Virus record (IMG/VR): IMGVR_UViG_3300025536_000024
Location: 1 to 42,193 of that record
Reading direction: 5' to 3' (one strand)
Length of the DNA stretch: 42,193 bases
Origin: a virus
Shown: one piece after another, positions 36,913 to 42,193 of the stretch
Layout: every line of letters starts with the position of its first letter
Numbering within the stretch: position 1 is the stretch's first letter
Position numbers and translations under genes: made by a program
The notes under the pieces: generated by a model
Seen by the model: the letters and a program-made list of their open reading frames with translations, nothing else
The model's database searches: none
Told to the model about the DNA's origin: nothing

Positions 36913-38838
36913 ATGGAGGCATTCCCGAAAGGGGATGTCTCTATTCTTTTTTACCTACAACACATGCCAGACCCTATTGCTCAGAATATCGAAGGTGTGC
37001 GCCAGCTCGTTGGCTCTCGTATGAATAAGACGGGAGACTCTGCCATTACCGAGCAGGAGGGCATCGACGGCGACCAGATTGACGAACTGACACTTGAACT
37101 CGACGAGGAAGAGCTGATTCGGCTCTCCAAGATGTGGGAGCTGAAGTACGCACCGTATGAGGCACCCATCAAACTGCGCCAGGAGGCCCAGAAAACCTAC
37201 TATCTAGGCCGTCAGAAAGAATCCACCCCAACCACGGTGGGTGACGTTCCTGCTATCTCAGCGAACCTTCTCTTCGAGGCTGAGGAGACCTTCCTCCCCG
37301 CTGCACTTTCCAAGAACCCTGAGCCGGTCGTATGGAGCGACGACACTCCTGAAGGCACTGAGATTGCCAAGCAGGTGAAGACGATGCTCCAATACCACGC
37401 CGATACGCTCGTACTTCGTCGCAAGCTCACACGCCTCACTCGCCACTGGTCCATCTACTTCATCGGCGCACTCAAGCACGGATGGGATGACAAGGTGGGC
37501 GACATCAAGACCGAGGTCGTGGACCCTACCAAGTTCATCTTCGACCCAGAAGCATCCATCGACTGCTACGGCGATTACGATGGCGAGTACCTCGGAGAGC
37601 GTAAGACCTGCACCGCCTCCAAGCTCATTGAGATGTTCCCGAAGCATTCGGACTACATCACGATTATGGTGGACGGCAAGCTCGGCACCCGCGTCACCTA
37701 CACCGAATGGTGGACCAACGACTTCTGCTTCTACACCTTCAAGAACAAGGTGCTTGAGAAGAACAAGAACCCGCACTGGAACTACGAGCAGACCCTCACT
37801 GAGGCTGACGAGTACGGGGAGATTGTGGAGACCCCACACCAGAACTTCAACCACTTCGCATACCCGAAGATGCCGTACACGTTCCTCTCGGTCTTCTCAC
37901 TCGGAGAGCAGCCACACGATGTCACCGGCCTCATCGAGCAGAACATCCCGAACCAGCGCCGCATCTCACGCCGCACCGAGCAGATTGATTACAACCTCTC
38001 ACGCGCCAATAACTCCGATGTCTTCAGCCAGGACAACTTCAACCAGGAGACCGCGAAGCAGGCCGCTACTGCGCTCGCCAAGGGTCATCCGGTTCTCGTA
38101 CCTGCTGGTAAGCCAATCTCTGAGGCTATCGCACGTCTCCAGGCACCGTCCGTAGACAGCGCCTTCTTCGCAGAGCTTGAGAACAGCAAGACCGACCTCC
38201 GCTCTATCTTCGGCACTGAAGGAATTAGCAGCACCCCAGGAAACGAGGATACGACCGCACGCGGCATGATTCTCAACCAGTCATTTGACACTACACGCAT
38301 TGGTGGAGGAATCGGAGACGCGCTTGAGCAGGTTGCAGATGCTGTCTTCAACTACTGGGTGCAGCTCTACGCCGTGTACTACGACGTGCCGCACTTCGCC
38401 GCAATCATGGGTCAGGCCAAGGCAGTCGAATACATCACCCTCAAGTCTCAGGACCTTGACCGTCGCATCGTTGTCTCCGTCTCTGCTGACTCGATGAAGC
38501 CGAAGGACGAGATTACCGAGATGAACCAGGCCATGGCGCTCTGGGACAAGGAAGCACTCGACCCGAAGACCCTCTTCACCATCCTCGATTTCCCAGACCC
38601 ACAGGGAACCGCAGAGAACGTCGTGCTTTGGAAGACCGACCCAATGGCATACATGCAGCTCAATTTCCCAGAGCTTTCTCAGAAACTAGCGATGATGCAG
38701 ATGCAGGCGCAGGCCGCAGTAGGAGGACTCGCGCCTCCTGGCGGTGGACCTGCTCCCGAAGAAATAACGGAGCCAGGCCCGAACCTATCCGTCGCACCAG
38801 CGGATTCGTCGCTCAGTCAGGTGCCTCTACCAGCCTAA
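36913..38838 (+). CDS. Portal protein (641 aa; start could be ATG 36964)
   Basis: Large ORF between terminase and scaffold; size and position typical of a portal. Confidence 0.8.
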   Translation: MEAFPKGDVSILFYLQHMPDPIAQNIEGVRQLVGSRMNKTGDSAITEQEGIDGDQIDELTLELDEEELIRLSKMWELKYAPYEAPIKLRQEAQKTYYLGRQKESTPTTVGDVPAISANLLFEAEETFLPAALSKNPEPVVWSDDTPEGTEIAKQVKTMLQYHADTLVLRRKLTRLTRHWSIYFIGALKHGWDDKVGDIKTEVVDPTKFIFDPEASIDCYGDYDGEYLGERKTCTASKLIEMFPKHSDYITIMVDGKLGTRVTYTEWWTNDFCFYTFKNKVLEKNKNPHWNYEQTLTEADEYGEIVETPHQNFNHFAYPKMPYTFLSVFSLGEQPHDVTGLIEQNIPNQRRISRRTEQIDYNLSRANNSDVFSQDNFNQETAKQAATALAKGHPVLVPAGKPISEAIARLQAPSVDSAFFAELENSKTDLRSIFGTEGISSTPGNEDTTARGMILNQSFDTTRIGGGIGDALEQVADAVFNYWVQLYAVYYDVPHFAAIMGQAKAVEYITLKSQDLDRRIVVSVSADSMKPKDEITEMNQAMALWDKEALDPKTLFTILDFPDPQGTAENVVLWKTDPMAYMQLNFPELSQKLAMMQMQAQAAVGGLAPPGGGPAPEEITEPGPNLSVAPADSSLSQVPLPA

Positions 38839-38848
38839 TCACAGACCT

Positions 38849-38929
38849 ATGGAACCAGAAGTCATCGTCGAAACTCCAGCAGAGGAGGCTCCCGTAGAGG
38901 AGACACCTGCTGAAGAAGTAGCAGCGTAA
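38849..38929 (+). CDS. Tiny acidic ORF (26 aa; not in the ORF track)
   Basis: cctATGgaa context; MEPEVIVETPAEEAPVEETPAEEVAA. Confidence 0.3.
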   Translation: MEPEVIVETPAEEAPVEETPAEEVAA

Positions 38930-39007
38930 GTGCGAAGCCGTTTGTAAGGCAGTCCGGCAGAACAAGCCTGAATCAACCAAAACTAATGCTAGAAATAGCC
39001 GCAAACT

Positions 39008-39799
39008 ATGCCTCCAACAGAAGTAGAAAAGTTCTTCAACAACCTGCCCCAGGAAAACGAACAGCCAGCCGATGTGTTCGCGCTGGAAGCACCAGTTGTA
39101 GGAGCCACAGGCCCTGAAGAAGGGATTGAAAAACCAGAGGGAGACGAGCCTGGAGAAGGCGACGAACCTCGCAAGAATCGCCGTCACCGCCGTCTCGAAG
39201 CGCAGCTTGAGAAGGAGCGAGAAGGCCGCATCGCAGCAGAAGCTCGTGCCAAGGCACTTGCAGAGTCAGGAGGGAGTCGCCAGGCAGACCCGTCGCTCGA
39301 CCCTCGTCTCGTCCGTATGTACGGAGCCGAGAACGTAGAGGCAGCACAGATTCACCAGGACCTCCTTACGGACTACGCAACGAAAGCCGAGGAACGCGCA
39401 TTCGAGCGCATGAAGGCCCAGCGTGAGGCAGAGGAGAGTGAGAAGGCTCAGTTCGAGAATCTCATCACATCGGAGCTGGAAGGCATCGAAGATGAGTACG
39501 ACATCGACCTGACATCGAACGCTCCAAAGGCCGCAAAAACACGCCGCGACTTCCTCGAACTCGTAGAGAAGCTCTCACCGAAGGACGCACAGGGTCGGGT
39601 TACCGCTTACGCGGATTTCAACCAGACCTGGGAGCTGTTCTCGGCAAAGCAGGCGGCAGCAGCGAAAGCTGCACCGGCGAGTCGCGCTAAAGAAATCGCA
39701 GCGCGTTCCATGCAGCAGGCAGGTGGTGGGTCTCAGGCAGCGCCTAAGACACCAACCGCAGGCTTCGACGGATGGAAAACAGATTTCGGCATCGGCTAA
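39008..39799 (+). CDS. Scaffolding protein (263 aa)
   Basis: Acidic, helical, Ala/Glu-rich; lies between portal and capsid genes. Confidence 0.75.
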   Translation: MPPTEVEKFFNNLPQENEQPADVFALEAPVVGATGPEEGIEKPEGDEPGEGDEPRKNRRHRRLEAQLEKEREGRIAAEARAKALAESGGSRQADPSLDPRLVRMYGAENVEAAQIHQDLLTDYATKAEERAFERMKAQREAEESEKAQFENLITSELEGIEDEYDIDLTSNAPKAAKTRRDFLELVEKLSPKDAQGRVTAYADFNQTWELFSAKQAAAAKAAPASRAKEIAARSMQQAGGGSQAAPKTPTAGFDGWKTDFGIG

Positions 39800-39829
39800 T
39801 TACAACCATTACCAATTACTTACTAGGCT

Positions 39830-40858
39830 ATGCCTCCAACAGTAAACATCACGACAACCACCAACCAGTACCTCGCACCGAGCTGGGTGGACCAGGTTCT
39901 CCGTGACAACTTCTTCTTCGGACGGGTACTTTCCAACACGAAGAAGTGGGACGGCTCCCAGATGCTGTTCCCAATCAAGTACCAGAAGGGTGTTGCGTCC
40001 GTCGCTTTCAACGGCTTCGACCTCCTCCCTATCAACCAGCAGCCGGTCTCTGTGAACATGACCTTCTACCCCACTTTCGTGGCTACGAACGTCGCGCTCG
40101 CAGGTTCCGACCTCTCCGTGAACTCGACTCAGCTTCAGACTCTCAACCTCATGACCGTAATGATGGAGTCCCGCGCTCAGGACGGTGCCGATGACATCGG
40201 TAACTTCTTCCAGCAGGACGGCTCCGCATACGGTGGTAAGGCTCCTATGGGTCTCGCTGGAATCGTGGACAACGGTTCAACTCTTTCCAGCTACGGTGGT
40301 CTCTCACGAGCTACCTACTCTGGACTGAACGCGACGGTGACTGCCTCTTCAGGCACCATCTCGCTTCTCAAGGTTCGCCAGCTTGCTAACAGCATCTCTG
40401 ACGGACCTGTATTCCCGAACACTGCTCTTACGGACTACACCACTTGGGCGTACTTCGAGCAGCTCCTTACTCCGTTCCAGCGCAACAACTACACCGACTT
40501 CGCGCCTAACAAGGCAAACGGTTCGATGGCAGGTTACCGCTCGATGGTGTGGGACGGTCTTGAGGTCATGAAGGACCGCAAGGTTACTACGGGGAACTTC
40601 TACCTCCTTAACACCGACTACCTCAAGTTCTATGGACTGAAGTGGTGGGAGGGTAAGGCGGTGTCTCCTCGCGCTAAGGACATCGAGGGCAACGTATACG
40701 AGGCATCTCAGTACGCTCCATCAGCGTTCACTTGGACCGGATGGATTAAGGCGTACAACCAGGGTGCCATCAACGGATTCATGATTATGGGCGGTCAGCT
40801 CATCTGCACGAACCCGTGGCGTAACGGTGTTCTCACCGGCATCACTGGAATTGCTTAA
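39830..40858 (+). CDS. Major capsid protein (342 aa)
   Basis: Position after the scaffold, size, and composition; shares its first 15 nt of initiation region with the scaffold gene. Confidence 0.8.
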   Translation: MPPTVNITTTTNQYLAPSWVDQVLRDNFFFGRVLSNTKKWDGSQMLFPIKYQKGVASVAFNGFDLLPINQQPVSVNMTFYPTFVATNVALAGSDLSVNSTQLQTLNLMTVMMESRAQDGADDIGNFFQQDGSAYGGKAPMGLAGIVDNGSTLSSYGGLSRATYSGLNATVTASSGTISLLKVRQLANSISDGPVFPNTALTDYTTWAYFEQLLTPFQRNNYTDFAPNKANGSMAGYRSMVWDGLEVMKDRKVTTGNFYLLNTDYLKFYGLKWWEGKAVSPRAKDIEGNVYEASQYAPSAFTWTGWIKAYNQGAINGFMIMGGQLICTNPWRNGVLTGITGIA

Positions 40859-40879
40859 TAGCTCTAACGCATAACGCTT

Positions 40880-41041
40880 ATGGCTCTTAATGCAAAGAAC
40901 TACGACCCCGCACTCATGGCAGGCGCTCAGATTCCATCTAGCAACTTCTCTGGGTACACGGGTCCTACCGGACCAACGGGACCTACGGGTGCCACCGGAG
41001 CTACCGGACCAACCGGCCCTACTGGACCAACCGGAGCTTAA
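40880..41041 (+). CDS. Mini collagen-like protein (53 aa; not in the ORF track)
   Basis: acgcttATGgct context; C-terminal [29 protein letters not shown] (nine Gly-X-Thr triplets). Confidence 0.55.
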   Translation: MALNAKNYDPALMAGAQIPSSNFSGYTGPTGPTGPTGATGATGPTGPTGPTGA

Positions 41042-41062
41042 TTACCAATCACCTAAACTGAT

Positions 41063-41848
41063 ATGTCTCGACTTACTCAGAAGGGCCAGGGCGCACCGTT
41101 CAGCCTCTTCACGACAGTCTCCGAAATCGTTACGACCGCACCGTTCTCTTCCAGCTCTTCGCTGGTAGGTGAGCGTTTCGAGTCCGCTGACGGACGTGAG
41201 TTTGTCATCGTGAAGAACGGAGCGACCGCCCTTGCCGCTGGTGTTCTCGTACAGGCCCCTGCGGTCGTTGCGAACCACCAGAACCTCGACGTTACTGCCG
41301 TAACAACGAACCAGTACGGCCAGACCGTTGTCACTGCAACGCTTGGTAACACCGCAGCTACTGTGAACCAGTACGCAGGTGGATACCTCGTGGTGAACGA
41401 CAACAACGGTGAGGGCCAGACGCTTGTCATCTCTGCTAACCCAGCAGCAGCAGGCAACGCTTCTATCGCCATCACTCTTGAGGACACTCCAGTTACAGCT
41501 ATCACTGCTGCATCTGAGGTGTGCCTTCTCCCCAATCTGTACGATGGTGTAGTCATCAACCCGACTACCCCAACGAACACTCCGATTGGTGTGACCCTCT
41601 ACGCTATCGGCGCTTCGAGCGCGATTCCTGCTGTCGCAGGCACAACCAACGTCTTCGGATTCATCCAGACGAAGGGACCTGTCTCCTGCCTCAACGCGGA
41701 CGCTGCTCTTACTGTCGGTTCGGCAATCTCGCCTTCTAACGCGACTGCCGGAGGAGTGGAGAACGGTGTTATCGCGCAGGGATTCGTTGGACGCGCCCTC
41801 CAGACGGGTGTGGATACCGAGTACCGCATGGTCTACATCGACCTTTAG
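41063..41848 (+). CDS. Capsid-associated (decoration-type) protein candidate (261 aa)
   Basis: Ala/Gly/Thr/Val-rich beta-type sequence with two similar halves; sits after the capsid gene. Confidence 0.65.
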   Translation: MSRLTQKGQGAPFSLFTTVSEIVTTAPFSSSSSLVGERFESADGREFVIVKNGATALAAGVLVQAPAVVANHQNLDVTAVTTNQYGQTVVTATLGNTAATVNQYAGGYLVVNDNNGEGQTLVISANPAAAGNASIAITLEDTPVTAITAASEVCLLPNLYDGVVINPTTPTNTPIGVTLYAIGASSAIPAVAGTTNVFGFIQTKGPVSCLNADAALTVGSAISPSNATAGGVENGVIAQGFVGRALQTGVDTEYRMVYIDL

Positions 41849-41956
41849 TTTCTCAGCACCTGCCGCTCTATACGGGCGGCGGTGGCGGGGATGCTAGCAA
41901 ACCCGAAATTACCCTGCCTGAGAAGGCGACCCTAATGCTTGAAAAAGCTCCACATC

Positions 41957-42193
41957 ATGGAAATTGATAACCCAGTAGTAGCGAGTGCGATTCAGCAGCC
42001 TGAAGAGGTCACACCAGAAGAGTTCGACGGCGTATTCCGCTTCACGAACGCAACTGACGAGGACTTCATCGGTAAGTGGAATGGCAAGGAGTACACCTTC
42101 GCAGCCCAGAAGACTTCACCGATGATTATCCCTGACGAGACCCCAGCAGGCGTGCAGAGCATCCGCAAGAAGTTCGCACGCGAGCTTGCAGAG
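41957..42193 (+). CDS. 5' part of the junction-spanning gene (continues at base 114 after circular closure)
   Basis: ATG 41957 (MEIDNPVVASAIQQ...) reads in frame through the terminal repeat into ORF 42-377. Confidence 0.6.
   Translation, partial: MEIDNPVVASAIQQPEEVTPEEFDGVFRFTNATDEDFIGKWNGKEYTFAAQKTSPMIIPDETPAGVQSIRKKFARELAE
42081..42193. repeat. Terminal direct repeat copy 2
   Basis: Identical to bases 1-113. Confidence 0.95.

Noticed and set aside
40890-41168. Listed 92-aa ORF after the capsid gene
   Set aside because: It is rich in Arg, Pro, Leu and Ser, overlaps the start of 41063-41848, and is out of frame with the well-contexted 53-aa collagen-like ORF.

Overview
The window is a complete, circularly closed dsDNA phage genome of about 42,080 unique bp. 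Bases 1-113 recur exactly at 42081-42193, and one gene spans that junction. There is no tape-measure, sheath or tube gene. There are internal-virion-type proteins, one with a lytic transglycosylase domain, so the phage looks short-tailed (podovirus-like). I recognised no integrase or repressor.

Layout:
- Plus strand 26751-29346: replication and recombination accessory genes.
- Minus strand 29505-30967: small cassette that includes a HicA-like ORF.
- Plus strand 31102-33708: lysis genes (papain-like peptidase endolysin with a PG-binding domain, holin, signal-anchored transglycosylase) and small ORFs.
- Plus strand 33750 through the junction to 12373: terminase small and large subunits, portal, scaffold, capsid, decoration-type proteins, collagen-like and glycine-rich fibres, a GT2 glycosyltransferase, tail proteins and ejection proteins.
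- Minus strand 26259 down to 12717: Erf-like annealase and YqaJ exonuclease, a C2H2 zinc-finger protein, an SPFH protein, a type IV pilin-like protein, a vWA protein, about 23 tRNAs plus one unclassified tRNA-sized RNA, four small Cys-rich ORFs, a tandem array of six Y-RNA-like structured RNAs, a Ro60/TROVE-vWA gene, an HNH nuclease, GroES and GroEL.

Most unusual content:
- The Ro60 gene with its six-unit Y-like RNA array. Two units carry circularly permuted tRNA-like domains.
- One unit has an 11-nt loop sequence perfectly complementary to a leader motif conserved 5-6 nt upstream of three start codons, including the Ro60 start.
- A tRNA set with coordinated non-canonical D/T loops and swapped variable arms.
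- Over-represented TTATCC[A/C]CA boxes next to sigma70-like promoters.

All calls come from reading the sequence and ORF translations by eye. No searches or folding programs were run.
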